In this document: in pieces, positions 1 through 9,390 of the stretch | How positions within the stretch are numbered: the stretch's first letter is position 1 | Layout: the number at the start of each line of letters is the position of its first letter | From: Alphaproteobacteria bacterium | GTDB lineage: Bacteria; Pseudomonadota; Alphaproteobacteria; UBA828 | DNA length: 64,000 nt | Assembly (NCBI GenBank): GCA_963667785.2 | Contig: CAXXMU010000002.1 | Coordinates: 864,001 to 928,000 of the forward strand | Reading direction: 5' to 3' | Made by a program: the position numbers and the translations under genes | Notes under the pieces: generated by a model | Databases searched by the model: none | Told to the model about the DNA's origin: nothing | The model's input: only the letters and a program-made list of their open reading frames with translations

Positions 1-241
1 ATCGAGGTGGCGGACGACCGGCCAGAGCGCTACCGGCGAGTACTATCTGTGGGAGCTGGCCAAGGCGGTGCAGGAAGACGGCAGCCCGGACCAGGACACC
101 TGGATCGGCGGCTGGTACGAATCCAAGTTCCGCAAGGAAGGCGGCGACTGGAAGTTCAGTCACATCGAGCTGATCCTCAAGCTGCTCAGCCCCGCCAACG
201 CGTCCTCGTGGGAGACCCCGATCCCGCCCTGGAAGGGCTGA
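1..241 (+). CDS. 3' part of a SnoaL/NTF2-like protein (runs off the window start); apparent +1 frameshift at about nt 19
   Basis: From nt 20 the frame reads GQSATGEYYLWELAKAVQEDGSPDQDTWIGGWYESKFRKEGGDWKFSHIELILKLLSP...PWKG-TGA(239-241), collinear with the 261..752 paralogue. Nt 1-18 (IEVADD) match the paralogue in a different frame. Confidence 0.8.
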   Translation, partial: SRWRTTGQSATGEYYLWELAKAVQEDGSPDQDTWIGGWYESKFRKEGGDWKFSHIELILKLLSPANASSWETPIPPWKG

Positions 242-260
242 GGTCACGCGGGAGGCGCCC

Positions 261-752
261 GTGGACATCGCGCAGCGGCTGCGGCGCCTCGAGGACATCG
301 AGGCGATCAACCAGCTCATCGCGCGCTATGCCAAGGCGGTCGATCACAACGGCGATCCGGCGCTCGTCGCACCGCTCTTCACCGAGGACGCGGTGTGGCA
401 CTGCGAGGGCATCGGCCACTGGGAGACTCGGGAAGGGATAGTCCGCGACATTCGCCCCAACTGCACCACCTTCATGCCCTGGGCCATCCACTACATGACC
501 CAGCCGGCGGTGGAGGTGGCGGCCGACGGCCAGAGCGCCACCGCCAACCACTATCTCTGGGAGCTCGGCAAGGTGACGCCGGAGGGCGGCGGGCCGACCG
601 AGGACACCTGGATCGGCGGCTGGTACGATTCGCGCTGCCGCAAGGAGGACGGCGCCTGGAAGTTCGCCCGCATCGACCTCACGCTGAAGCTCTTCAGCCC
701 GGCCTCGAGCCCTTCCTGGAAGACGCGGATCGCCCCCTGGTCGCCGGCATAG
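261..752 (+). CDS. SnoaL-like / NTF2 family protein
   Basis: LRRLEDIEAINQLIARYAKAVD...LFTEDAVW...HYMTQP...GGWYD...DGAWKF is typical of the SnoaL_4 fold; GGGAGG upstream of the GTG start. Confidence 0.85.
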   Translation: MDIAQRLRRLEDIEAINQLIARYAKAVDHNGDPALVAPLFTEDAVWHCEGIGHWETREGIVRDIRPNCTTFMPWAIHYMTQPAVEVAADGQSATANHYLWELGKVTPEGGGPTEDTWIGGWYDSRCRKEDGAWKFARIDLTLKLFSPASSPSWKTRIAPWSPA

Positions 753-779
753 CCGGCAGACGACTTACCTCGGCCGCCC

Positions 780-1376
780 TCAGTCGAGGATGTCGACGAA
801 TCCGGGGAGCGCCCGCATCCGGCCGAGCCACGCTTCGACGGCGCCGTATCCCTTCAGACTTATGTCGCCGTCGCCGCACTGCGCGATCGCGGGGAACGCG
901 GCCACGTCGGCGACCGTCGGATGATCCAGCGCGATCCAGTCGCGATCCGACAGGCGGTCGTCGTAGAGCGTGAGAGCGATGTCGCTGCGCTCGTTCACCG
1001 TCCCGGCATTGACGCAGAGCCAGGGAAAGAGCTTCGCGAGCCGCGCGTCGTAGGGCCCGAGGCGGATCTCGTAGGCAGCGGCCGACAGCCAGCCGTTGAC
1101 GGTCGCCTCCTGATCGGGATCGCGCGGCATCCACGAGTCGTCGCCGTACTTGCGCGCGATCCATACCAGGATGGCCTGCGAATCGCGGAGCACCAGCGAG
1201 CCCTCCGTCATCACCGGTAGCTGACCGAACGGATTCAGCGCGAGAAACTCCGGAGTCTTGTGCTCGTTCTCGAGCAGGTCGATGGGCTCGCGTCGATAGT
1301 CGACCCCGAGCAGCGACAGCAGCAGCCGCACCTTGTAGCAATTGAGAGCGAGCGGCATGTCGTAGAGCGTGATCAT
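780..1376 (-). CDS. Glutathione S-transferase family protein
   Basis: C-terminal part of ORF 780..2258: MITLYD..NCYKVRLLL..LNPFGQLPV..LRDSQAIL..PTVADVA; ATG at 1376. Confidence 0.9.
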   Translation of the reverse strand: MITLYDMPLALNCYKVRLLLSLLGVDYRREPIDLLENEHKTPEFLALNPFGQLPVMTEGSLVLRDSQAILVWIARKYGDDSWMPRDPDQEATVNGWLSAAAYEIRLGPYDARLAKLFPWLCVNAGTVNERSDIALTLYDDRLSDRDWIALDHPTVADVAAFPAIAQCGDGDISLKGYGAVEAWLGRMRALPGFVDILD

Positions 1377-1438
1377 TGCGGGCCTCGATCGTTCAGCACC
1401 CAGGTCACATCCTGCGCCGCCTCGTCCTGCGGCGCACG

Positions 1439-2203
1439 CTACTTCGGCGCCATCCGCAACGCGCCGTCGAAGCGGATCACCGAGCCGTTCATGAAGGTGT
1501 TCTCGGCGATGTGCACGGCGAGCGCGCCATATTCCTCGGCGGAGCCGAGGCGCCTGGGATAGACCGTCGTCTCGAGCAGCGACTCCTTCACCGGCTCCGA
1601 AAGCCCCGCCATCATGGGCGTGTCCATCAGCCCCGGCGCGATGCAGTTCACGCGAATCCCGTCGCGGGCGAGCTCGCGCGCGAGCGGGATCGTCATCGCC
1701 GCGACGCCGCCCTTCGACGCCGCGTAGTCGAGCTGCCCGATCTGGCCTTCGAAGGCGGCGACCGAGGCGGTGGTGACGATGCAGCCGCGCTCGCCGTCCG
1801 CCAGCGGCTCCATGGCGGCCATGTCGGCGGCGGCCAGCCGGCACGAGTTGATCGTGCCGATCAGGTTGACGCGGATCGCGCGGGTGAGCTTCTCCAGCGG
1901 GCTCGCGTTGCCGTCGCGGCCCACCAGCTTGGCGCCGGGCGCGATGCCGGCGCAGGCGACCATGATGCGCGCGGGCCCCAGCGCCTCGCGTACCTGGGCG
2001 CAGGCAGCCTCGTGGCTCGCCGCATCGACCACGTCGCAGGCCGCCGCCGCGCCGCCGATCTCGGCCGCAACCGACCGCGCCAGCTCCTCGTTCATGTCGA
2101 GGATGCCGACCCTGGCGCCGGCGGCCGCGAGCGCGCGTGCCGTCGCCTCGCCGAGCCCCGACGCGCCGCCGGTGACGATCGCCGTCTGCCCGCTGATGTC
2201 CAT
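1439..2203 (-). CDS. SDR oxidoreductase, 3-hydroxyacyl-CoA dehydrogenase type II (HSD17B10-like)
   Basis: TGGASGLG, TASVAAFEGQIGQ, YAASKGG, C-terminal RFDGALRM. Confidence 0.9.
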   Translation of the reverse strand: MDISGQTAIVTGGASGLGEATARALAAAGARVGILDMNEELARSVAAEIGGAAAACDVVDAASHEAACAQVREALGPARIMVACAGIAPGAKLVGRDGNASPLEKLTRAIRVNLIGTINSCRLAAADMAAMEPLADGERGCIVTTASVAAFEGQIGQLDYAASKGGVAAMTIPLARELARDGIRVNCIAPGLMDTPMMAGLSEPVKESLLETTVYPRRLGSAEEYGALAVHIAENTFMNGSVIRFDGALRMAPK

Positions 2204-2280
2204 GTCCCGCTCCTTGCGTGATGCGGGCGCCTACATAGCAAACCGCCGGCCCCTGCAAAAGGCGAAGGCCCGTTGCCGCC

Positions 2281-3198
2281 TCATGCGCCGGCTCTGCCGG
2301 GGCGGCGGCGGGCGAGGTAGGCCTCGCGGCGGGCGATGTAGACGGCGCTGGCGACGATGAAGACCGCGCCGACCCAGGTCCAGATGCCGGGAAACTCGCC
2401 GAACGCGAACCAGCCGATCATCACCGCGAAGGGGAGGCGCGTGAAGTCGAGCGGGACCACCGCCGTCGCCTCCATGATCGAGAGCGCGCGCGCCATCGAG
2501 AAGTGCGCGAGCGTCAGCACGCAGCCGATGCCGAGCAGCCAGCCGAGCTGCTCCAGGGTCGGCGTCTCCCACCACCAGAGCGCCGGGCCGAGCGAGAGCG
2601 GCGTCATGATCAGGTTCATGTAGAAGACGATGGCGAGCGGCGATTCGGTGCGTACCAGCATGCGCACCAGCGCCATCGAGACGGCGAAGAGCAGCGCCGC
2701 GAAGATCGCCAGCAGGCCGCCGACCGAAAGGGTTTCCGCCCCCGGCTGCAGCACGATCAGAACGCCGGCGAAGCCCACGACGGTGGCGATCCAGCGGCGC
2801 GCCCCCACCCGCTCACCCAGCATCAGTATGGCGACCGGAATCATCCAGAGCGAGACCGTGAAGTTGAGGGTGATGGCCTCCGCGAGCGGCGTCATCTGCA
2901 GCGCCGAGTACCAGGCCCACATGGCGAAGACGCCGATGCCCGCGCGGACCGCGAAGAGGCGGAAGCGTCGCAGGTCGAAGCTGCCGAAGCCGCTCCGGGC
3001 CATGAAGGGCACCAGGATCAGGGTGCCGATGGCGTTGCGGATGAAGGCGATCTCGAACACCGGAATCTCCGCCGAGACGTGGCGGATCGCCGCCGACATG
3101 CCGGCGAAGCAGGCGCAGGTGAAGACCATCAGGAGGACGCCTTCCCAGGTACGTCCCGCGATGCGGCTGCCCGCTCGTTCCAGGAATCCGGTGCTCAT
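2281..3198 (-). CDS. DMT/EamA family transporter
   Basis: About ten hydrophobic segments, LGERVG..RW motif, FGEFP near the C-terminus. Confidence 0.9.
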   Translation of the reverse strand: MSTGFLERAGSRIAGRTWEGVLLMVFTCACFAGMSAAIRHVSAEIPVFEIAFIRNAIGTLILVPFMARSGFGSFDLRRFRLFAVRAGIGVFAMWAWYSALQMTPLAEAITLNFTVSLWMIPVAILMLGERVGARRWIATVVGFAGVLIVLQPGAETLSVGGLLAIFAALLFAVSMALVRMLVRTESPLAIVFYMNLIMTPLSLGPALWWWETPTLEQLGWLLGIGCVLTLAHFSMARALSIMEATAVVPLDFTRLPFAVMIGWFAFGEFPGIWTWVGAVFIVASAVYIARREAYLARRRPGRAGA

Positions 3199-3412
3199 GG
3201 CGGGCGGCCTGCTCCCCGTCGCCGCCCGCCCGGCGCCGCGTGGACGGACTCAGGCGGCGGATGCGCTTGCGCGCTCCACCATGCCATAGTGCCGGGGCGC
3301 TGGCATGCCCGGCTCCGCGGGCACGCGCGCCGCGCCCGTCTCCTCGCCCTCTCCGGCCCGCGTCGGAGTCCCGGCCCGTCAACCGTGTCTCAACCCACGC
3401 GAATAGCCGTCG

Positions 3413-4645
3413 ATGATCCTCCCGCGCCGCCTGACCGAGCTCCTCGGCGATCCCCGCTACCTGCGCCTCTGGCTCATCGGCGTCTTCAGCATGGGCGCGC
3501 GCTGGCTGGAGATGCTGGTGGTCGGCGTCTTCGCCGTCGAGACGACGGGATCGCCGGTGCTGGTGGCGCTGCTGGTCATCCTGCGCATGCTGCCGCTCGC
3601 CGTGTTCGGCTCCATCGTCGGCACCGTCGCCGATCACATGGCCCCGCGGCGGCTCCTCCATCTCGGGCTGCTGCTGGCGATGCTGGTCTCGCTCACGGTC
3701 CTCGGCCTCGCGCTTTCCGGCATCGCCACCTACTGGCAGATCGCGCTTGCGACCTTCCTCTCCGGCTTGGTCTGGACCACGGACATGCCGGTGCGGCGGC
3801 GGCTGGTCGGCGATGTCGCCGGGCCGGGCCGGATCGCCGCCGGCATGAGCCTCGACAGCGCCACCAGCAACGCGATGCGCCTGATCGGTCCGCTCTTCGG
3901 CGGCCTGCTCTACCACTGGCTCGGCCTCGCCGGCGCGTTCGGGCTGGCGGCGGCTCTCTACACGCTCTGCCTGGCGCTCACGCCGGGCCTGCCGGCGGCA
4001 TTCCTCGCCCAGGATGCCGTGCGCCGCCCCGCCCGGCTGCTCGGCGATCTCGGCGAGGGCTTCCGCTACCTGATGCGGGAGCCCGAGGTCCGCCGCATCC
4101 TGTGGGTCACGGTGATCTTCAACATCTGGGGCTTCCCCTTCGTCGCCATGATCCCGGTGATCGGCACGGAGAGCCTTGGCCTGGATGCCGCCGCCATCGG
4201 CGGGCTCGCCGCGATGGAAGGCGGCGGCGCCTTCGCCGGCGCGCTGCTGATCGCGACGCTGGGCGCTCGGCCCGGCTCCTATCGTCGCCTCTACTTCTTC
4301 GGCACCGCGAGCTACTGCGCCCTCGCCTTCGTCGCCGGCTGGATGACCGGGACGGTCCCAATGGCACTGGTGATCTTCTGCGCAGGGCTCGGCGCGGCCG
4401 GGTTCTCGACCATGCAGACCACGCTGATCTACGGAATCGCGCCGCCGGAGATGCGCGGCCGCCTGCTGGGCATCCTCTCGCTCACCATCGGCGCCGGCGT
4501 CATCGGATTCACCAACATCGGCCTCATGGGGGAGCTCTTCGGCGGCGCCAATGCCGTGCGCATCGTGGCGGCCGAGGGACTGGTCGCCCTGGTCGTTCTC
4601 GGCCTGCGCTGGCCCCGGCTCTGGCGTGACGAGGGTCGCGTGTGA
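3413..4645 (+). CDS. MFS transporter
   Basis: 12-TM pattern, GTVADHMAPRRLL (motif A-like), PPEMRGRL. Confidence 0.88.
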   Translation: MILPRRLTELLGDPRYLRLWLIGVFSMGARWLEMLVVGVFAVETTGSPVLVALLVILRMLPLAVFGSIVGTVADHMAPRRLLHLGLLLAMLVSLTVLGLALSGIATYWQIALATFLSGLVWTTDMPVRRRLVGDVAGPGRIAAGMSLDSATSNAMRLIGPLFGGLLYHWLGLAGAFGLAAALYTLCLALTPGLPAAFLAQDAVRRPARLLGDLGEGFRYLMREPEVRRILWVTVIFNIWGFPFVAMIPVIGTESLGLDAAAIGGLAAMEGGGAFAGALLIATLGARPGSYRRLYFFGTASYCALAFVAGWMTGTVPMALVIFCAGLGAAGFSTMQTTLIYGIAPPEMRGRLLGILSLTIGAGVIGFTNIGLMGELFGGANAVRIVAAEGLVALVVLGLRWPRLWRDEGRV

Positions 4646-4733
4646 CCGTTGCAGAGAACGATGCGATGGTCGTATGGTTCGGGCACCCGCCGCGTCCGCG
4701 CCGGGCAGGAAGTGCACGTGGAGCGAGACCGCG

Positions 4734-5069
4734 ATGAACATCGAGGAACGGACCGGCGACTCGGCAGTCATCGTGTCCCTGGACGGCCGGCTGGACGGAA
4801 CCACCGCGCCGGACGTCGAGAAGCAGGTTTCCGCCATCGTGGACCGCGGCGACGTCCGCATCGTGCTGGACTGCGACAGGATGAGCTACGTCAGCAGCGC
4901 CGGCCTGCGCGTGCTGCTCCTCTGTGCCCGGAAATGCCAGCAGGGCGGCGGCAAGCTGGCCATCGCGGGCCTGCAGCCGGAATGCCTGTCGGTATTGGAG
5001 ATGAGCGGATTTCACAAGATCATCGAGTGCCACGAGACGAGCGAGACCGCGCTCGCCGCCGTCTCGTGA
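4734..5069 (+). CDS. STAS-domain anti-sigma factor antagonist
   Basis: MNIEE..GRLDGTTA..LDCDRMSYVSSAGLRVLL with the phosphorylatable Ser motif; ATG at 4734. Confidence 0.9.
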   Translation: MNIEERTGDSAVIVSLDGRLDGTTAPDVEKQVSAIVDRGDVRIVLDCDRMSYVSSAGLRVLLLCARKCQQGGGKLAIAGLQPECLSVLEMSGFHKIIECHETSETALAAVS

Positions 5070-5118
5070 GGCCCGGCCGCCGCCGCCGGCCCTCTTCTCG
5101 TCGTCCGGAGTCGATTCC

Positions 5119-5787
5119 ATGCTGACGTTCCACGAAGAGATCATGGTGCTCCTTCTCCATGACGAGAACGGCACCTTCCTGCCGGTGAGCGAGCACACGC
5201 TCAACCGCGCTCTGACGGGCGCGGTGCTCATGGACCTGGCGTTCGCCAACAGGATCGATACCGATCCAGAGCGGCTGGTCGTCATCGATACCACGCCGAC
5301 CGGCGATCCCCTGCTCGATCGCATACTGGCCCGCATCGCCGCCGAGACGGGCAGCGCCGACAGCAGGACGTGGATCGAGACCCTGTCCGCCGAGGAGGCG
5401 TCCTCGGAGCAGGCGGGAACGATCCGGATGGCCGCGCTCGACCGGCTCGTGGAGCGCGGCGTTCTGGAACGCCGGGAAGAGAAGTTCCTGTGGGTCTTCC
5501 GCGCCCGGCGCTATCCGACGATCGACGGGAAGGTCGAGCAGGAGGCGAAGAAGCGCATCGCGGACGTGCTCTTCTCCGAAGAGATCCCGGACCCGAGGGA
5601 CGTCGCTCTCATCTGTCTCGTCGACAGCTGCAACATCCTGCAGACCATCTTCTCGAAGCGGGAGATCGACCGGGTCGAGCCGCGCATCGAGCAGATCCGC
5701 AAGATGGACCTGATCGGGCGCGAGATGGCCGGCGCCATCGCCGACATCGAGCGGGCCATCGCCATCGCGGCGGCGCACACCTTCTGA
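5119..5787 (+). CDS. GPP34/GOLPH3 family protein
   Basis: MLTFHEEIMVLLLHDE..G..GAVLMDLA..RID..PTGDPLLD..LVERGVL..FLWVF..RYP is the characteristic GPP34 pattern. Confidence 0.85.
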   Translation: MLTFHEEIMVLLLHDENGTFLPVSEHTLNRALTGAVLMDLAFANRIDTDPERLVVIDTTPTGDPLLDRILARIAAETGSADSRTWIETLSAEEASSEQAGTIRMAALDRLVERGVLERREEKFLWVFRARRYPTIDGKVEQEAKKRIADVLFSEEIPDPRDVALICLVDSCNILQTIFSKREIDRVEPRIEQIRKMDLIGREMAGAIADIERAIAIAAAHTF

Positions 5788-5815
5788 CGCTTTCTGACAG
5801 TCCCGGACGGCAGCA

Positions 5816-5947
5816 AGAGCGTATCCGTCTTTGACGGATACGCGACAGGCCGCGACCGCGGCCCGCCGCTTATGCGGCGCCCTCGCGGAGGCGCCGGCAG
5901 GCGCGCGGAATCGCGCGACGGCCGGCTGCCGTGAGCAATAAAGAGGC
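5816..5947. repeat. Multi-hairpin intergenic repeat element, copy 1
   Basis: AGAGCGTATCCGTCTTTGACGGATACGCGACAGGCCGCGACCGCGGCC...AAAGAGGC, near-identical to 9242-9356. Confidence 0.9.
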
Positions 5948-5951
5948 GTCG

Positions 5952-6542
5952 TCAGTCGTCAGACGGCGCGGGGCGGCGGCCGAGCCCGCCCTGCCAGCGC
6001 GCGGCCGATTCCTGCCGCAGACCGAACTGGTCGAGCACGCGCGCGACGGTGTAGTCGACCATCGCGTCGATGGACCGGGGCTCGTTGTAGAAGGCCGGCA
6101 CCGGCGGCAGGATGCTCACCCCGAGCCGCGCCAGCTTGAGCATGTTCTCGAGGTGGATGGCGCTCAGCGGCGTCTCACGCACCATGAGGACGAGCGGCCG
6201 GCGCTCCTTGATCATCACGTCGGCCGCGCGGTGGATCAGGTTCTCGCTGAGCCCGGAGGCGATGGCGGCCAGGCTCCGCGCCGAGCAGGGCGCGACCGCC
6301 ATGCCGTCGATCGCAGCCGAGCCCGACGACATGAGCGCCGCCATGTCGCCCGGCCCGTAGTGACGATCGGCGAGCGCGTGAACCTCGTCGAGGCCCATGC
6401 CGGTCTCGTGCTCGAGGGTGTGCCGTCCCCACTTGCTGACGATCAGATGGGTCTCGACCGGCGTCACCGCCAGCGCCTCCAGCAGGCGGACGCCGTAGAC
6501 TGCGCCGCTCGCGCCGGTGATGCCGACGACGAGGCTCTTCAC
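5952..6542 (-). CDS. ubiX: Flavin prenyltransferase UbiX
   Basis: VKSLVVGITGASGAVYG..SSGS..APCS..RAADVMIKERRPLVLMVRETPL..PVPAFY; GTG at 6542. Confidence 0.93.
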   Translation of the reverse strand: MKSLVVGITGASGAVYGVRLLEALAVTPVETHLIVSKWGRHTLEHETGMGLDEVHALADRHYGPGDMAALMSSGSAAIDGMAVAPCSARSLAAIASGLSENLIHRAADVMIKERRPLVLMVRETPLSAIHLENMLKLARLGVSILPPVPAFYNEPRSIDAMVDYTVARVLDQFGLRQESAARWQGGLGRRPAPSDD

Positions 6543-6546
6543 CGCC

Positions 6547-7269
6547 CTAGCGCTCCGCGCTCGCGAGCCAGAGCGCGAGGAAGCGCCCGAGCCACGCGTG
6601 CACCGCCCGGTGATACCGCGCGTGGTTCGCGCGCTGCTCCGCCACGGTCTGCGCGCCCCGGCGCCCCAGGTCCTCGGCCGGCGGGTCGCGGTCGAGCCAG
6701 CGCGAGAGCACCGCGTCGTCGACCTCGGGGTGGAACTGCAGCCCCCAGGTCGTCTCCCCGTAGCGGAACGCCTGGTTCTCGAACACGTCGCGCCGCACGA
6801 GGTGACGCGCGCCCGCCGGCAGGGTGAACGCCTCGCCGTGACGATGTGCCACGGTGAGCGGCGCGTCGAGGGCGAGATCGTCGGCCGCGCCGTCCAGCGG
6901 CTCCACCGGGTAGTAGCCGAACTCGTAGAGCCCGTCGGGATCGGGCCCCACAGTGGCGCCGAGGGTCCGCGCCACCATCTGGCTGCCGAGGCAGATGCCG
7001 AGCATCGGCACACCCGCCGCCATGACGCGGGGAATCCAGTCCAGCTCCGCCCGCACGTAGTCGACATGGTCGTCGTTGGCGCTCTGCGGCCCGCCGAAGC
7101 TGACGACGCCCGCCAGCGAGTCCACGCCGTCCGGGAACGGCTCTCCCTTGTTGGCCCGGACGATCCGGGATCGCCGCCCGAGCGCGGCGAGCAGAGACGG
7201 CACGGCACCGGCGTCGATGGCGGTGACGTGGGTCACGAGCACCACGGGTGCCTCTGGGTCTGCGCTCAT
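6547..7269 (-). CDS. Class I glutamine amidotransferase-like protein
   Basis: GGPQSAND, LGICLGSQM (Cys nucleophile), GLQFHPE. Confidence 0.9.
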   Translation of the reverse strand: MSADPEAPVVLVTHVTAIDAGAVPSLLAALGRRSRIVRANKGEPFPDGVDSLAGVVSFGGPQSANDDHVDYVRAELDWIPRVMAAGVPMLGICLGSQMVARTLGATVGPDPDGLYEFGYYPVEPLDGAADDLALDAPLTVAHRHGEAFTLPAGARHLVRRDVFENQAFRYGETTWGLQFHPEVDDAVLSRWLDRDPPAEDLGRRGAQTVAEQRANHARYHRAVHAWLGRFLALWLASAER

Positions 7270-7288
7270 CCGCTCGTGCCTGCGGCGA

Positions 7289-7990
7289 TCACGTGGCGAC
7301 GAGAACGCCGTTCTCGAGCGCGAAGCGCCGGTCCATGCGCTCGGCGAGCGCCGTGTTGTGGGTCGCGACGAGCGCGGCGAGGCCGCTCACGCGCACGATA
7401 TCGAGGAGGGCGGCGAACACCGAGTCCGCGGTCTCGTGGTCGAGGTTGCCGGTCGGCTCGTCGGCCAGCAGCACCGCGGGCTCGTTGGCGATGGCGCGCG
7501 CGATGGCGACGCGCTGCTGCTCGCCGCCCGAGAGGCGGGAGGGCCGATGGCTCGCGCGCGCTTCGAGACCGAGGCGCGCGAGGAGCGCCTGTGCCCGCTC
7601 GCGCGCCGCGCGCCGGGAGCGGCCCGCGATCATCTGCGGCAGGATCACGTTCTCCAGCGCCGAGAACTCGGCCAGCAGGTGGTGAAACTGATAGACGAAG
7701 CCGAGCCGCTCACGCCGCACCCGGGTCCTGCGGCGATCGGGCAGCCCATCGCAGCGCTCGCCCGCGATGGCGATCTCGCCGGCATGAGGGCGCTCCAGCA
7801 GCCCGGCGATCTGGAGCAGGGTCGACTTGCCCGCGCCGGACGGCCCCACCAGGGCCACCATCTCGCCCGGCCCGACCGAGAGCGAGGCGCCCTTCAGCAC
7901 CTCGATGGCGCTGCCCGCCTGATGGAAGGTGTGCGCCACCCCGCGCAGCTCGAGCGCGGGCGCGCCGCCGGGTGCGGCCGGGTCACTCAT
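7289..7990 (-). CDS. lolD: Lipoprotein-releasing ABC transporter ATPase LolD
   Basis: [41 protein letters not shown]; adjacent to lolE. Confidence 0.93.
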   Translation of the reverse strand: MSDPAAPGGAPALELRGVAHTFHQAGSAIEVLKGASLSVGPGEMVALVGPSGAGKSTLLQIAGLLERPHAGEIAIAGERCDGLPDRRRTRVRRERLGFVYQFHHLLAEFSALENVILPQMIAGRSRRAARERAQALLARLGLEARASHRPSRLSGGEQQRVAIARAIANEPAVLLADEPTGNLDHETADSVFAALLDIVRVSGLAALVATHNTALAERMDRRFALENGVLVAT

Positions 7991-9227
7991 AGCGGAGCGC
8001 CTCCACCGGATCGAGCCGCGCCGCCCGCCAGGAGGGGTAGATCGTCGCCAGGAACGAGAGGCCGATCGCCATCACCGCCACCATCGCCACCTCGCCCGCA
8101 TCGATCCGGGACGGGAGCTGCGAGAGGAAGCGGATCTCGGCCGGGAACAGCGCCGTATCCGTCAGGTTCTCCAGCCACAGCCTGATGGCGTCGATATTGG
8201 CGGCGAAGGCGATGCCGCCGGCGACGCCGAGCGCCGTTCCCGCCAGCCCGATCGCCGCCCCGTTCATGAAGAAGATGCGCAGGATCTGCCCGCGCGTCGC
8301 CCCCATGGTGCGCAGGATGGCGATGTCGCGGCCCTTGTCCTTCACCACCATGATCAGCCCGGCGATGATGTTGAAGGCAGCGACCAGCACGATCAGGGTC
8401 AGGATCACGAACATGACGTTGCGCTCGACCTGGAGCGCGTTGACGAACTGCGCGTTGGCCCGGCGCCAGTCGACGACCCAGCCCTGCTGCCCAACGGCGG
8501 CGCGCACGCCGGCCTCGACCGCGCGCAGGCGCTCGGGATCGGCGGCGGTCAGCCCGATGGCGGTGACCGCGCCGGGCAACCTGAAATAGATCTGGGCGAG
8601 GTCAAGCGGCATCAGGACGTAGGTGCTGTCGTACTCGAACATGCCGACGTCGAAGGTCGCCACCACGGGATAGGCGCGCGAGCGGGGCATGGTCCCCATC
8701 AGCGTCGCCCGGCCCTCGGGCGAGAGCAGCGTGATCGACTCGCCAACCCTGACGCCGAGCTTGCGCGCCATGCGCTCGCCGATCACGACCCCCTCGCCGT
8801 CGGTGAAGCCCTCGAGCCGGCCGCTGACGATGTTCTCCGTGAGCAGCGGGCGCGCCGCCAGATAGTCGTCGCGCACGCCGCGCACCTGGCCGAAGGTGGC
8901 GTTGCCCCCGGCCGCCGCGATCACCTGGCCCTCGACGGCCGGCGAGACGGAGACGACGCCGTCGACCGCTTTGATGCGGTCTGCCAGCGTATCGAAGTCC
9001 ACCAGCCTCTCGTCGAAGGAATAGACCGTCATGTGCCCGTTGAGCCCGAGGATGCGGGCCACCAGCTCCTCGCGGAATCCGTTCATCACCGACATGACGA
9101 TGATGAGCGTGGCGACGCCGAGGAAGATGCCGATCAGGGAGAACGCCGCGATGACGGAGACCAGGCCCTCCTGCCGCCGGGCGCGCAGGTAGCGAAACGC
9201 GACGAGGCGCTCGAAGGCCGAGAACAT
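7983..9227 (-). CDS. lolE: Lipoprotein-releasing ABC transporter permease LolC/LolE
   Basis: [44 protein letters not shown]. Confidence 0.92.
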   Translation of the reverse strand: MFSAFERLVAFRYLRARRQEGLVSVIAAFSLIGIFLGVATLIIVMSVMNGFREELVARILGLNGHMTVYSFDERLVDFDTLADRIKAVDGVVSVSPAVEGQVIAAAGGNATFGQVRGVRDDYLAARPLLTENIVSGRLEGFTDGEGVVIGERMARKLGVRVGESITLLSPEGRATLMGTMPRSRAYPVVATFDVGMFEYDSTYVLMPLDLAQIYFRLPGAVTAIGLTAADPERLRAVEAGVRAAVGQQGWVVDWRRANAQFVNALQVERNVMFVILTLIVLVAAFNIIAGLIMVVKDKGRDIAILRTMGATRGQILRIFFMNGAAIGLAGTALGVAGGIAFAANIDAIRLWLENLTDTALFPAEIRFLSQLPSRIDAGEVAMVAVMAIGLSFLATIYPSWRAARLDPVEALRYE

Positions 9228-9239
9228 GAGCGCCGGCCG

Positions 9240-9390
9240 CTAGAGCGTATCCGTCTTCGACGGATACGCGACAGGCCGCGACTGCGGCCCGCCGCTCATG
9301 CGGCGCCCTCGCGGAGGCGCCGGCTGCAAGCCGGCAGCCGCGAGCGACAAAGAGGCTAGAGCGTTTCCGTGCAAAGCGGACACGCTCTAG
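9240..9390. repeat. Multi-hairpin intergenic repeat element, copy 2, plus terminal TAGAGCG...CGCTCTA palindrome
   Basis: Matches 5816-5947; followed by CTAGAGCGTTTCCGTGCAAAGCGGACACGCTCTAG (9356-9390), whose end overlaps the proS stop codon. Confidence 0.9.
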
